The translations under genes were made by a program, and so were the position numbers. From the NCBI GenBank assembly GCA_965204745.1, contig OZ242010.1, positions 1,472,001-1,536,000 of the forward strand: DNA of 64,000 bases, in the 5' to 3' direction. The DNA is from Candidatus Latescibacterota bacterium (GTDB lineage: Bacteria; Latescibacterota; UBA2968). The notes under the pieces were generated by a model. That model was not told the DNA's origin. It ran no database searches and was given only the letters and a program-made list of their open reading frames with translations. Below, one piece after another: positions 6,733-16,801 of the stretch; within the stretch, counting starts at the first letter, position 1, and each line of letters begins with the position of its first letter.

Positions 6733-8972
6733 AACAAAAAATCCTCAGTCGGATGTTGGTCAACAACTACGCCGAGATGTTCGTGATAGGCGGCCTCTCT
6801 GAGTACATACAGTTCCATACCGGGCAACAGCGGGCAAAGCAACCCCATTGCGTAGAGTTTTTGAAAATCACGCGAATGCAGATTCACCATAAAGCGTTGG
6901 AGACCGCGCAAGTCCTTGCGCGTAAAACGCGGCCCATCTTGGGTGCGCTCCCGGATCGCGGCGACCTCTTTTAAGGATTCCCCCCAGGGCGCAATGACGG
7001 CCCGGGTGTCATCGCTAATTACCTTCGCTTTGCGGGCCACTTCTCGGAAACGCAACTCTTTTCGATCTTCCTGAATAGAGCATTCCCGTTTGACATGATG
7101 ATCCGTGGGCACGTATTCAAAAAGCTCTCTAAAGTAACGCCCAAACAACGTCGGATCGCCAGACAAATCGTCCGTATCCAATTGATCCAGCAACCGCGCC
7201 GCAATGTCCGTGGCGACGCGATAGACGCCGACTGGCAACTTGGCGTCCATTGGCCGGAACACCACCACGCGCCCCTTGCTCGGCAGGCGTCCTTCCCGAT
7301 TGCACCGCCCTGCTGCCTGCACAATGGAGTCCAGCGGCCCCAAGGCGCGATAAACCAACGGGAAGTCGATATCCACCCCGGCCTCTACCACCTGCGTAGA
7401 AACCAACCAACAAAATCGGCCTTCCCTTAAACGCCGCCGAACCTTTTTAATCACTTGGGTTCGGTGTTCTGCACACATAGCAGACGAAAGGTGCAATACA
7501 CTCCTCAACTTGGCTTCCAACTCATCTTCTCTCAAGCCTTGCTCTTTCAAAGAATCCCTCAATAGTTCCCACCATTCGGCGGCCTGCTTGCGCGTATTCA
7601 CCACCCCCAAGGCTCGAGGTTCGCTTATCCATTCCGCAGCCAATTCCGACCAATCGCTCTCTGTCTTTCGCACCTCGTACACTACCCGCCCCAACTCGTT
7701 AAACAAATCGCCGGGTTGCGATACAATTTCCTTTACTTCATTCGCATCAAACCCCTGCGGCAACGATGGGCTTTGTCTAAAGGCCGGTTGGGTAGCCGTG
7801 GAAAAAACAAAACTCACTCGGTAGTGTTTCTCGAGATCGCGCAATACATGTAGCAATGGATCGAGCAGATGTGAAGGCAAGGTCTGCACCTCATCCAGCA
7901 ACACCACGGAATTTGCGATGTTGTGTAGTTTTCGGCACTTGGAGGTGCGGTTGGCAAAGAGGGACTCGATGAACTGCACCGAGGTGGTGACGATGATCGG
8001 CGCGTCCCAGTTCTCCGCCGCCAACTCCTCGGGGGACCGACCTTGTTCGTCATTATCATCTTTTGAAGCCACGGCCGAATGGTGCTCAATCACAATGCCT
8101 CTGTTTTTCGGATCGAGCACTTTGCGGTACTCGGCGGCGTTTTGCTCGATAATTGACAGGTACGGTATGACCACGATCACCCGTTGCATTCCATGCCGCC
8201 GCGCATGTTCCAAGGCAAAGGCCATGCCCGAAAGCGTTTTGCCCCCACCTGTCGGCACGGTCAGAGAAAAGAAGCCCGCTGGCTCTGCCGCCTTTGCCAA
8301 GCACTCTTCAAACACCCTGTTACGCAACGCATTGAGTTCGCCAGAAGAATCAAACTTGCCCCGGTGCGCTTGCAGTCGCTCCAGCAACGACGTTGCATCC
8401 AACTTCACCGAGCGTCGTTCTTGGCCGCGGCTAAATTGTTCCGTATCCAGAAAATCCGCATCCACCAAGCAGGAAAACAACATTCGCACGTAGAATTCTG
8501 TGATGGCGGGATCGTCAAATTCCGGTTCGGCTAACTCGTTGGGAATTTTGCCCAGTTCCTCTTCAAACCGGTTGACCAGAGGATCGAGCCCGTTCATAGC
8601 ATCGTACTTTTTCCCATAAACCAATGCCTGCAAATCGCTCAAGTCATGCAACCCCGCATGATGCCCGGCAACGGCAAAAGCTGGGCCGCCCCACCCTCGT
8701 TGAAAAGCCAGCGCAGCACCATACACCGCATGATGTGTTTCAGCGGATACAAGGCGTTTGCCTGCCAGATATTCTTGGAATGGCTGCCGATATTTTCCAA
8801 GGTCGTGCAACAGACCTGCGAGGTGGGCTTCATCTGCCAACCCAAAGGGAGCGGCGAATTGTCGGGCCAATTCCGCGACATTGTGCAGATGGGTAGAAAG
8901 CAATTGCCAGCGCGATTGATTCGGATCGCGTTCTCCGGTCTCTGTTTCGGCTGTGTGGGCGTAATAGTTCAT
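6729..8972 (-). CDS. cas3: Cas3 HD nuclease-helicase
   Basis: YYAHT..HL..VA, LLHDLGKY HD domain; TVPTGGGKT, DEVQ, STATQP, STQVVEAGVDIDF, QAAGRCNREG. Confidence 0.98.
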   Translation of the reverse strand: MNYYAHTAETETGERDPNQSRWQLLSTHLHNVAELARQFAAPFGLADEAHLAGLLHDLGKYRQPFQEYLAGKRLVSAETHHAVYGAALAFQRGWGGPAFAVAGHHAGLHDLSDLQALVYGKKYDAMNGLDPLVNRFEEELGKIPNELAEPEFDDPAITEFYVRMLFSCLVDADFLDTEQFSRGQERRSVKLDATSLLERLQAHRGKFDSSGELNALRNRVFEECLAKAAEPAGFFSLTVPTGGGKTLSGMAFALEHARRHGMQRVIVVIPYLSIIEQNAAEYRKVLDPKNRGIVIEHHSAVASKDDNDEQGRSPEELAAENWDAPIIVTTSVQFIESLFANRTSKCRKLHNIANSVVLLDEVQTLPSHLLDPLLHVLRDLEKHYRVSFVFSTATQPAFRQSPSLPQGFDANEVKEIVSQPGDLFNELGRVVYEVRKTESDWSELAAEWISEPRALGVVNTRKQAAEWWELLRDSLKEQGLREDELEAKLRSVLHLSSAMCAEHRTQVIKKVRRRLREGRFCWLVSTQVVEAGVDIDFPLVYRALGPLDSIVQAAGRCNREGRLPSKGRVVVFRPMDAKLPVGVYRVATDIAARLLDQLDTDDLSGDPTLFGRYFRELFEYVPTDHHVKRECSIQEDRKELRFREVARKAKVISDDTRAVIAPWGESLKEVAAIRERTQDGPRFTRKDLRGLQRFMVNLHSRDFQKLYAMGLLCPLLPGMELYVLREAAYHEHLGVVVDQHPTEDFLL

Positions 8973-9255
8973 GATTTAGGTACCTTTTTTGACAGGTCGT
9001 TTTTTTTCAAGCGCGGATTTGTTTTTTTGCTACGGGAGAAAACGAGTACAGAGCGTATTGTCCCTGTGTCGAATATACTGAAAATTTGTTTAGGTCGCAA
9101 TGGGTTTTTCAGTGGTTTGAGACCGCTTGTGGCCTTCGGTTGTCCGGCGATGGTCGAAACGAAAAGCCACCTGCTTTGCAACGGCGGCTTGCAGGGAAAA
9201 AATAAAAATATGCCGTTGCGCCCGCTCCCCATGATCTATCGACGTATCTTCGGGT

Positions 9256-9283
9256 TTGACAAGTCTTCAATTTTTAGTATGTT
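9256..9283 (+). promoter_or_regulatory. Putative sigma70 promoter of the membrane protein gene
   Basis: TTGACA-16 nt-TATGTT upstream of the 9420 ORF. Confidence 0.5.
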
Positions 9284-9419
9284 AGACCGACGGTCGTTAA
9301 TGGTCTTTGCGTGGCAGGGGGTTGTCGGCCTTCTCGAAATTCTGTGACTTGTCTCAAAACCTTATCGGCCCGGCTCGGTTACAGAATACCCGTTCACAGA
9401 TTCAGGGCCAAAAGGAGCG

Positions 9420-10952
9420 TTGGATATGGGCGAAGTGTGGCGTCAGATGACGCATTTCTCGGAGGGATATGTGCTGCCGTTGATGAATGTGCTCGTGCCC
9501 CTGGGTATTCTGGTGGTCGGTTGGCTGATCGCCTTGGTGGCGCGGATGCTGACCTACCGGCTGTTGCGGCGCACGGAATTGGACGACAAACTCGCCCGCT
9601 TGACCCTCGGGGAAGCGGGCGCGTCGAAAATCCAGCCGGAAAAGTGGATCAGCAAAGGCGTGTATTACTTGCTGATGTTGTTCGTCCTCGTGGCGTTTTT
9701 TCAATTTATCGGCCTGACACAGGTCACCGAACCGCTCAACCAGTTGCTGGTGCAACTCTTTGCCTTCTTGCCCTTGCTGGTCAGCGCCGGATTGTTGCTG
9801 TTGCTGGCTTGGATCGTCGCCCGTTTGTTATGCGCGCTGGTCGAGCGCGTGCTGTCGGCGGCGAAGCTGGAGGAACGCCTCGGCGAGACCGCCGAAGATC
9901 GAGATCCCAGCCGGCTTTCCATTTCCAAAAGTGTGGGCAATGCCGTGTATTGGCTGGTATTTCTCATCTTTTTGCCGGCCGTGCTGGGCGCCTTGGGGTT
10001 AGAGGGGTTGATGACCCCGGTGCGGGAGATGGTGGGCAAGGCCATGGGGTTCGTGCCCAATTTGCTCGCCGGCGGTTTGATCCTGCTCGTGGGCTGGTTG
10101 GGTGCGCGAATCACGCAGCGCATCGTGGTCAATTTGCTCACCGCCAGCAATCTGGACCAAACCGGCAAAAAAGCCGGGTTGGACGCGGTCTTGGGAGAGC
10201 GATCCTTTTCCAGCCTGGTCGGCTGGGTGCTCTACTACGCCATTTTCATTTTGGCGATCATCGCCGCACTCGATGCCTTGCAGTTCGAGGTCATCTCGAG
10301 ACCCGCCAGCGCCATGTTGGGCCACATTTTTGACGCCATTCCGTCTATTTTCACCGCGGGCCTGGTTCTGATCGTGGCCTATATGGTGGGGCGATTGGTC
10401 CAAGAGATGGTCGTCGGGCTACTGACTAAAATCGGCTTCAACGAACTTCTCGAGCGGCTGGGAATCAGCGCGGGCGAAGACGCAGAAGAACGCAGCCCAG
10501 CCGTGTGGGCGGGGCACCTCAGCCTGGTGGTCATCCTGCTTTTAGCGGCCATAGAAGCGGCCGATCTGCTGGGGTTTTTGGGGCTTCAGGCCCTGCTGAG
10601 CGAATTTACCTACTTTGCCGGGCAAGTGGGCATGGGGCTGATCATTTTCATCCTGGGCCTCTATCTGGGCAATCTGGTCGGCGATATGGTGTCGAGAAAA
10701 GAGATGGCCCAAAGCAAACTGGTGGCTTCGGGCGCGCGCACGGTCGTGATCGTCCTCGCATCGGCGATGGCCCTGAGGCAGATGGGCATTGCCAACGACA
10801 TCATCAACATGGCTTTCGGGCTGTTTTTGGGGGGCATTGCCGCGGCGGTGGCCTTGGCCTTTGGGTTGGGATGCCGCGATTTGGCAAGCGATGCGGTCAA
10901 GGGTTGGTTGGCTGTGCTGGGCAAAAAGGAGGAAGACGATTCCGAGCAATAA
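9420..10952 (+). CDS. Mechanosensitive-channel-related membrane protein with repeated conserved TM-helix modules (CmpX-like)
   Basis: Repeated FxPxLxxAxLILLVGWLxAR helices; ends ALAFGLGCRDLA; no MscS cytoplasmic domain visible. Confidence 0.75.
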   Translation: MDMGEVWRQMTHFSEGYVLPLMNVLVPLGILVVGWLIALVARMLTYRLLRRTELDDKLARLTLGEAGASKIQPEKWISKGVYYLLMLFVLVAFFQFIGLTQVTEPLNQLLVQLFAFLPLLVSAGLLLLLAWIVARLLCALVERVLSAAKLEERLGETAEDRDPSRLSISKSVGNAVYWLVFLIFLPAVLGALGLEGLMTPVREMVGKAMGFVPNLLAGGLILLVGWLGARITQRIVVNLLTASNLDQTGKKAGLDAVLGERSFSSLVGWVLYYAIFILAIIAALDALQFEVISRPASAMLGHIFDAIPSIFTAGLVLIVAYMVGRLVQEMVVGLLTKIGFNELLERLGISAGEDAEERSPAVWAGHLSLVVILLLAAIEAADLLGFLGLQALLSEFTYFAGQVGMGLIIFILGLYLGNLVGDMVSRKEMAQSKLVASGARTVVIVLASAMALRQMGIANDIINMAFGLFLGGIAAAVALAFGLGCRDLASDAVKGWLAVLGKKEEDDSEQ

Positions 10953-11078
10953 GCAGCAGGGCACGCGCCCCCTCCTCACATGACTTTTTAACGGGCTTTT
11001 GGTCGCTGTGGACCTCGAGCCCGTTTGCTTTTTAATGCGAGATAACCGTTAAGAAATGCGTTCGCCAATGCAACGCGA

Positions 11079-12029
11079 TCAGAACAGCGAGAGTTGGGTG
11101 GGGGCTTCTCTGGGGGTGGGTGTCGCGTGTGGATAGCACGCGGCTTTGAAGGGGCAGGTCGTGCATTGATGGGTATGGGGCGTCATGGGAAAGGCGTCTT
11201 GAGACGCGGTATTTTGATCGGGATCGTCGAGGAGCGCGCGCATTTTTTGGATGCTCTCGGCGACAAAGATGCGCGTCTGCGCGAGATCGTCGGGCGAGAG
11301 ATGGACACTGCTCGCGGTGTTGGTTTGCAAATACACGTCTCGCAGGTGCAAATCGGACAGCGCGATGCCCCATTGCGACGCGGCATACAGCGCGTACACC
11401 GCGAGTTGGTGGCGGTCAGAGGCGCGCTCGCGCCCGGTCTTCCAGTCGAAAATCAAGACGCTTTTGCCATAGCGGATCGCCACGTCGAGCACCACCCAAA
11501 TTTTGGTCTCGCCCAGCGCGAAATCCGCGAGTTTCTCGATGCTGAGGTAGTGCTCGGGCAGAACGGATTGCAAGGTGGCGTACGCATCGGACGCAAAAAA
11601 GGTCTGGAGACTCGCCGCAACGCGCTTGACCGCCTGCATCCGGGCCGCGGCTGAAAGGGGTTCGCCGTAATAGTGTTCAAACAAATTGGTATATCGGGAT
11701 GGGGCACGCCGCCAGCGTTGTTGCTCGGAATCCCGAAGGTGCTGGTCGAACAAGTTTTGCGCGTAGGTCTCCACCGCCTGCGGGGACACGTTGCGTCCCA
11801 GTTGCAACGCCTTGAGCACCTGCTTGATGGCCTCGTGGACCACGGTTCCGATGAGTTGGGGAACCGTGGTCATTTTTTTGAGGCGATAGAGCAGTTGGGC
11901 GTGCGCGTCTGCGTCCTGCTCCCATCCGCCCCAACTGCCGTAGTAGTTGAAATAATACTGCCGCTTGCAGGCTTCAAACATGCGATGCCGCGAGGGAGAC
12001 CAGGAAAATTCGTTTTGGAAAATGGGCAT
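11079..12029 (-). CDS. PD-(D/E)XK RecB/Cas4-like exonuclease
   Basis: WSPSR..FEACKRQYY, IGTVVHEAI, LDVAI..LIFDWKTG, QLAVYALY, CTTCPFKAAC. Confidence 0.85.
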   Translation of the reverse strand: MPIFQNEFSWSPSRHRMFEACKRQYYFNYYGSWGGWEQDADAHAQLLYRLKKMTTVPQLIGTVVHEAIKQVLKALQLGRNVSPQAVETYAQNLFDQHLRDSEQQRWRRAPSRYTNLFEHYYGEPLSAAARMQAVKRVAASLQTFFASDAYATLQSVLPEHYLSIEKLADFALGETKIWVVLDVAIRYGKSVLIFDWKTGRERASDRHQLAVYALYAASQWGIALSDLHLRDVYLQTNTASSVHLSPDDLAQTRIFVAESIQKMRALLDDPDQNTASQDAFPMTPHTHQCTTCPFKAACYPHATPTPREAPTQLSLF

Positions 12030-12058
12030 GGGAGTTGTCAGTTTAGTCTAAGAGGGGA

Positions 12059-12188
12059 TTTTAGCCACGAGCGGGGTACAACTGGCGACAGCCAGTTCAA
12101 AGGCACAAAAACACGAGCGGGGTACAACTGGCGATAGCCAGTTCAAAGGGGAGCGATGCGTGTAGGGGCGATGCCTCCGTGCTCGCCC
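12059..12188. repeat. Composite intergenic repeat: two tandem GAGCGGGGTACAACTGGCGAYAGCCAGTTC modules plus a GTAG-type REP
   Basis: Modules near 12066 and 12112 (46-bp period); REP GTAGGGGCGATGCCTCCGTGCTCGCCC at 12162-12188. Confidence 0.85.
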
Positions 12189-12357
12189 AAAGATACAAGG
12201 GGAGACGGGAGACGGCTGTCCAAGCGGTCAGTGGTCTGTCCTATTTTCGGCCGGGAAAAACCAAAAAGTCGCTGCTCCGGCCCCTGCTAATCATACAGGG
12301 GACTGCTTTCGCGGGCGTGATAGTTGTGCTTTTTATCCGCGTTCATCCCTGATTACA

Positions 12358-13662
12358 TCACGCAGGGACAGGGCCGTGGTTGGTTTTTGCCTTCTCCAGC
12401 ACGTCGAAATAAGTCGGAAATGTTTTGGCGACGCACGCGGGATCGTTGATGGTGATGCCGGGGATTTTTAGGCCGATGAGGGACAGGCTCATCGCCATGC
12501 GGTGGTCGTCGTACGTCTCGAGCGCGGCGGGTCGCATGTGGGAGGCGGGATAGACCGTAAGCCCGTCGGCGCGGGTTTCGACGCGGACGCCGAGGCGGTT
12601 CAACTCGGTTTTGAGCGCGGCGATGCGGTCGGTTTCGTGCAGGCGCAGGACAGCCGCGTTGCGGATGTTGACCGGGCTAGTGGCAAAAGGGGCCAGCGCG
12701 CACAGGGTCGGCACGAGGTCGGGCGTGGCGTTCATGTCCAAGTCCAGGCCGGACAGGCGGCCCGTGCCGCGCACTTCGATGCCATCCGGGTCTTTGCGAA
12801 CGCGACAGCCCATTTTGAACAAAATATCGACAAACGCGATGTCGCCCTGAACCGATTGCGCGGTCAGTTGGGGCACGCGCACGCGACCGCCGGTCAGCGC
12901 GGCTGCGGCAAAAAAATAAGACGCATTGGACGCATCGGGTTCGATTTGGTACGTGCGAGGCTCGTACCGTTGCCCGGCGCGCACAGTGAAAGACCGGTAA
13001 TTGCGGTTGACGACTTCCACGCCAAAGTCGCGCATCACGGCGATAGTGAGGTCGATGTACGGCTTGGACACCAGATCGCCGTCAACGCGGATTTCCACAT
13101 CGGTTTGAGAATATGGCGCGACCTGAAGCAGGGCCGTGAAATACTGGCTGCTCTGGTTGCCTTTCATCGCGGTTCGCCCGCCCCGAAGGCCAGAGGCGAC
13201 CATGAGCACCGGGGGGCAGACGCCACCTTTGCCCTCGCAACGCGCCGTTGCCCCCAAGGGCGCGAGCCCGTCGAGGAGGTCTTGGATGGGCCGCTCGCGC
13301 ATCCGCGCAACGCCATCGATCAAATACGTCCCATGGCCCAAGCCGAGGTACGCGGTGAGAAAGCGCGCGGACGTGCCCGAGTTGCCGATGTGGAGTTCCG
13401 CATTCTCAGCGGGGATGCGACCACCCGTGCCAAAAACGCGAAATGTGGCCTCCGATGGGTTTTCATCTACGCGGATGCCCAAGTCGCGCAAGGCATTTGC
13501 CATATACGAGGTGTCGTCGCTCATCAGCGCGTTGTCGAGTTGGCTGATGCCATCTGCGAGCGCGGCGATCAACAGCACGCGGTTGGTAATGCTTTTCGAT
13601 CCCGGAATCGAGACGTCCGCATCGATGGGCGTCGTCAGGGGTTGGATTTCGAGGGTTTGCAT
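12358..13662 (-). CDS. aroA: 3-phosphoshikimate 1-carboxyvinyltransferase
   Basis: IPGSKSITNR, GNSGTSARF, SSQYFTALL, RLHETDRI, YDDHRMAM, KTFPTYF. Confidence 0.98.
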   Translation of the reverse strand: MQTLEIQPLTTPIDADVSIPGSKSITNRVLLIAALADGISQLDNALMSDDTSYMANALRDLGIRVDENPSEATFRVFGTGGRIPAENAELHIGNSGTSARFLTAYLGLGHGTYLIDGVARMRERPIQDLLDGLAPLGATARCEGKGGVCPPVLMVASGLRGGRTAMKGNQSSQYFTALLQVAPYSQTDVEIRVDGDLVSKPYIDLTIAVMRDFGVEVVNRNYRSFTVRAGQRYEPRTYQIEPDASNASYFFAAAALTGGRVRVPQLTAQSVQGDIAFVDILFKMGCRVRKDPDGIEVRGTGRLSGLDLDMNATPDLVPTLCALAPFATSPVNIRNAAVLRLHETDRIAALKTELNRLGVRVETRADGLTVYPASHMRPAALETYDDHRMAMSLSLIGLKIPGITINDPACVAKTFPTYFDVLEKAKTNHGPVPA

Positions 13663-13666
13663 GGGG

Positions 13667-15823
13667 TTAGTTCACCGTGAAGGTATTCTCGCTGCGGTGT
13701 CGTCCTCTAACGCCGTTGATGCTCACGTCGCCTACCAATCGGTATTCGCCGGGCGTGGTGGTCGAATAGGCGCACACTTCTCCCGTGCGTGCCGTGCCGG
13801 GAATATCGACCCACGATGTCCCGGATTTTCTCTGCCATTTTGAAGTGTGGACCTCGTATCCACCGATTCCAGCCAAGGGAATGCAGTTCTCCACTGAGAA
13901 AGACGCGAGTTGAATCCGGCCGTTTGACACGCGAAGTCCCGATATCGGGGTATAGGTGTCTGAGCCGCCACCGCTGCCGCTACTACTCGCGCTGACGCGC
14001 TCGGCGTGAACGTAGTTTGAACAACCCGCACCATTGCAAGCCCGCACCCAATAGCCGATGCGGGATGCCCCGCTATTGTGACGCGCGCTTGAGTCCGTCA
14101 CTGTGGCGATCAGCTCACAGCCTCCTGGACAACTCACGGAAAAGAAAAACGCGCTGTCGAAATAGACCCGGTAAAAAGTCGCGCCAGGAGAAGGGGACCA
14201 CGCGATTTGATACTCGGAATCAGAGCGGTCTCGCCAATACCGCGCATTGTTAGGTGGGGGCGGTGTCGCGCCGGCGCTGCTTTGCACGGTCACCCGAACC
14301 CCATCCGAGCAGTTGTTGTCGGTCTCGCGCTCTCCGCTGACGCGCACCACACACGCGCCGTAATAATACGTGTCTGCGCGCAATGGGGCCGTCAGGTTGA
14401 TCGATATGTCACGGGTGCCAGAAGCCGAAAGACGCGCTATCCTGTCTGAACCAACTGGCGTATCACCCGTGGCGATCGTCGCATCGGACGAGCGGTAATA
14501 GCGCATGGTCGTCACGGCAGAAGAACCCGTGCCCGCGTTGCGAACCGTGGCCCTCAGCGCGAAGGATTGCCCGGGCGCCAAGGTGCGATTGCTGACCGAA
14601 GGGGATTCGACAATCAGGTCTGGACGACCGCTATCGCCACCGCCGCCACCACTGCCGGGGGATGTGCCAAAGCTGCGGCTGAAGATCAGAAAATCGGGGA
14701 ACCCAACCGCGCCATCGCCATCTAAATCGTATTTCGCCTCGTACGTCCCATCGCCCCGACGCGCCCCAAACTGGCCTGCAAACAGCAAAAAATCGGGAAA
14801 GCCAACCTCGCCATCGCCATTAAAGTCGGGTGATGGCGCCGCGGGGACTAACAACGCAACGCGCACATCTAGCGTCTCAATCTGCGTTTTGACCCCCGCA
14901 TAATAAAGATCCGCCCTCGTCAACCGAATGGTGCTGCCCGAAAACGCCGCTGTCGTGCGAAAGCGAAACGCGCCAACTAGCCCGCTGTTGACTGTGGCGC
15001 GCCCGCCAAGAGACCCAATGCCAATTTCGACAAAAGTCGGATTTGATCCCCTGTCCTCAAAGCTTTGGACATTGGGCAAGACACCGCCGCCGCTATCGAA
15101 CCTCTCGTAAGCAACTTGAGTTGCGTCGTATTCAAAGCGAAGCGTAATACCCGTGATGTTTTGAATCTGCGCGCCGAAGACCTGAATGGCAACAACGCTA
15201 TCGGGATGGACTTCGACAGAGGCGACTGCTTGATCTCCGGGCGCGTCATCTGCGTCGAGGGAAAGGGAAAAATTGGTGGACGTCACATTAAACGCGATTC
15301 GGTCTGTGGGCATAAACGCGTCGCTCAATGCCGAGTTTTCAGCGAGTATCAACGTCGCAATGCCAATGGAAAATTCCCTGCCCGTGACATCCGCAAGCGT
15401 GGTAAATTCCGCGCGGGCCAAAAATCCCGATGCCTTCAATGTGACAGGGGGATCTGATGCGAAGTTCGTGCCCCTGCCCTGCCTTCCTGGAATGGAGAGG
15501 GAAAACGCGCTGTTCTCGGCTTTGACGAAGCTCAACAGGGACGAATCAAAATCAAAGACGATCTGCATCCCGACCAACGGCGTCGTGACACCCGTTGCGA
15601 AAATTTCGATGGCAATGGTCGTGCCCCGTCCCGAAACCCTGCCCGCTGTGACGCCATCATCTCTCTGATTTCCCGCGCCGCCCGTGGGGATCAGGTCGAG
15701 CGACAGCATCGCATCGGCATTGGCACCGGCAGATGCCTGCCCCGCAAAGACCAGCACGATCAGCGCGATCACCGCTGACAATGCGTGTGCTGAAGTGTTT
15801 TTATCTTTTGTCCATTTCCACAT
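13667..15823 (-). CDS. Secreted multidomain surface protein (two cohesin-like beta modules, EF-hand/dockerin-like pair, CARDB/Ig-like domain)
   Basis: Signal peptide ending QASA; DFNGDGEVGFPDFLLF / YDLDGDGAVGFPDFLIF Ca-binding pair; PDLIVES...ETDNNC CARDB pattern; Gly/Ser linkers. Confidence 0.75.
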   Translation of the reverse strand: MWKWTKDKNTSAHALSAVIALIVLVFAGQASAGANADAMLSLDLIPTGGAGNQRDDGVTAGRVSGRGTTIAIEIFATGVTTPLVGMQIVFDFDSSLLSFVKAENSAFSLSIPGRQGRGTNFASDPPVTLKASGFLARAEFTTLADVTGREFSIGIATLILAENSALSDAFMPTDRIAFNVTSTNFSLSLDADDAPGDQAVASVEVHPDSVVAIQVFGAQIQNITGITLRFEYDATQVAYERFDSGGGVLPNVQSFEDRGSNPTFVEIGIGSLGGRATVNSGLVGAFRFRTTAAFSGSTIRLTRADLYYAGVKTQIETLDVRVALLVPAAPSPDFNGDGEVGFPDFLLFAGQFGARRGDGTYEAKYDLDGDGAVGFPDFLIFSRSFGTSPGSGGGGGDSGRPDLIVESPSVSNRTLAPGQSFALRATVRNAGTGSSAVTTMRYYRSSDATIATGDTPVGSDRIARLSASGTRDISINLTAPLRADTYYYGACVVRVSGERETDNNCSDGVRVTVQSSAGATPPPPNNARYWRDRSDSEYQIAWSPSPGATFYRVYFDSAFFFSVSCPGGCELIATVTDSSARHNSGASRIGYWVRACNGAGCSNYVHAERVSASSSGSGGGSDTYTPISGLRVSNGRIQLASFSVENCIPLAGIGGYEVHTSKWQRKSGTSWVDIPGTARTGEVCAYSTTTPGEYRLVGDVSINGVRGRHRSENTFTVN

Positions 15824-15923
15824 GGTTTCCCCTTTTCTTGGGTGTTTAGATGACCGGATGGATATGACGCAATATAACACGCCTGTTGCATTGCTCAAAA
15901 AAATTAAATAGCACCCATCCGAA

Positions 15924-16796
15924 TCATCTGCGGACCGCCTTTGGATCCAGCGCGTCTCGCAAGCCGTCGCCGACCAGATTGAACGCGAGGACCGTCAAAA
16001 AAATCGCGCCACCGGGGAAGGTGAGCACCCATGGCGCACGCACGATCAATTCGCGCCCTTGGCTGAGCATCGCGCCCCATTCGGGTGTGGGAGGTTGCGC
16101 GCCCAGTCCGAGAAAACTCAAGCCCGCCGCGTCGAGGATCGCGGTTGCCAACCCCAAGGTCGCCTGTACGATCAAGGGGGCGAGGCAGTTGGGCAAAATC
16201 GCGATGGTCAAGATGCGTACATCAGACGCGCCCAATGCGCGGGCCGCGAGGACGTAATCGGTCTCTCGCACGGTCAAAACCGAGGCGCGAACCAAGCGCG
16301 CGTATTGGGGCACGGCGACAATGCCCACGGCCAGCATTGCGTTTTCCAACCCGGGGCCTAAGATCGCCACGATGCCGATAGCGAGCAAGATGCTCGGAAA
16401 AGCCAGCAGGAGATCCATCACGCGCATCAACACTTGATCGATCCACCCGCCCCAATAGCCGGCGACCAGCCCGATACCCGTGCCCAGCACGAGGGCGATC
16501 AGCACGGCAACCACGCCCACGCGCAGGGAGATGCGTGCGCCGTAGATCACGCGGCTCAAAATATCGCGCCCAAAATCGTCTGTGCCAAACGGGTGGGCGA
16601 GCGTTGGGGGCGACAAGCGGTTGTACAGCGCTTGTTGCATCGGATCCGCAGGGGCGATCAAGGGCGCGGCAAAGGCCAGCAACAGGAAGCCCGCGATCAG
16701 TGCGAGTCCCACCACCGAGAGGCGATTTTGACGCAAGCGATGCCACAGCGCGATGGTCTCGGGCCGGGGTTGCAGGGTATCTTGCAGACGCGCCAT
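15924..16796 (-). CDS. dppC: Peptide/nickel ABC transporter permease (DppC/OppC family)
   Basis: HPFGTDDFGRDILSRVIYGARISL, YVLAARALGAS, LGLGAQPPTPEWG. Confidence 0.92.
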   Translation of the reverse strand: MARLQDTLQPRPETIALWHRLRQNRLSVVGLALIAGFLLLAFAAPLIAPADPMQQALYNRLSPPTLAHPFGTDDFGRDILSRVIYGARISLRVGVVAVLIALVLGTGIGLVAGYWGGWIDQVLMRVMDLLLAFPSILLAIGIVAILGPGLENAMLAVGIVAVPQYARLVRASVLTVRETDYVLAARALGASDVRILTIAILPNCLAPLIVQATLGLATAILDAAGLSFLGLGAQPPTPEWGAMLSQGRELIVRAPWVLTFPGGAIFLTVLAFNLVGDGLRDALDPKAVRR

Positions 16797-16801
16797 GCCG
16801 T

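Noticed and set aside
9004-9151. Two 37-nt stretches upstream of cas3 (9004-9040, 9115-9151) with repeat-like ends, considered as a CreR/CreA mini-array
   Set aside because: Under half of the positions match and the repeat hairpin is absent; compatible with chance.
11079-12029. Cas4-like nuclease as a second CRISPR adaptation gene
   Set aside because: Separated from the cas operon by an unrelated gene; looks like the widespread stand-alone RecB-family PD-(D/E)XK protein.
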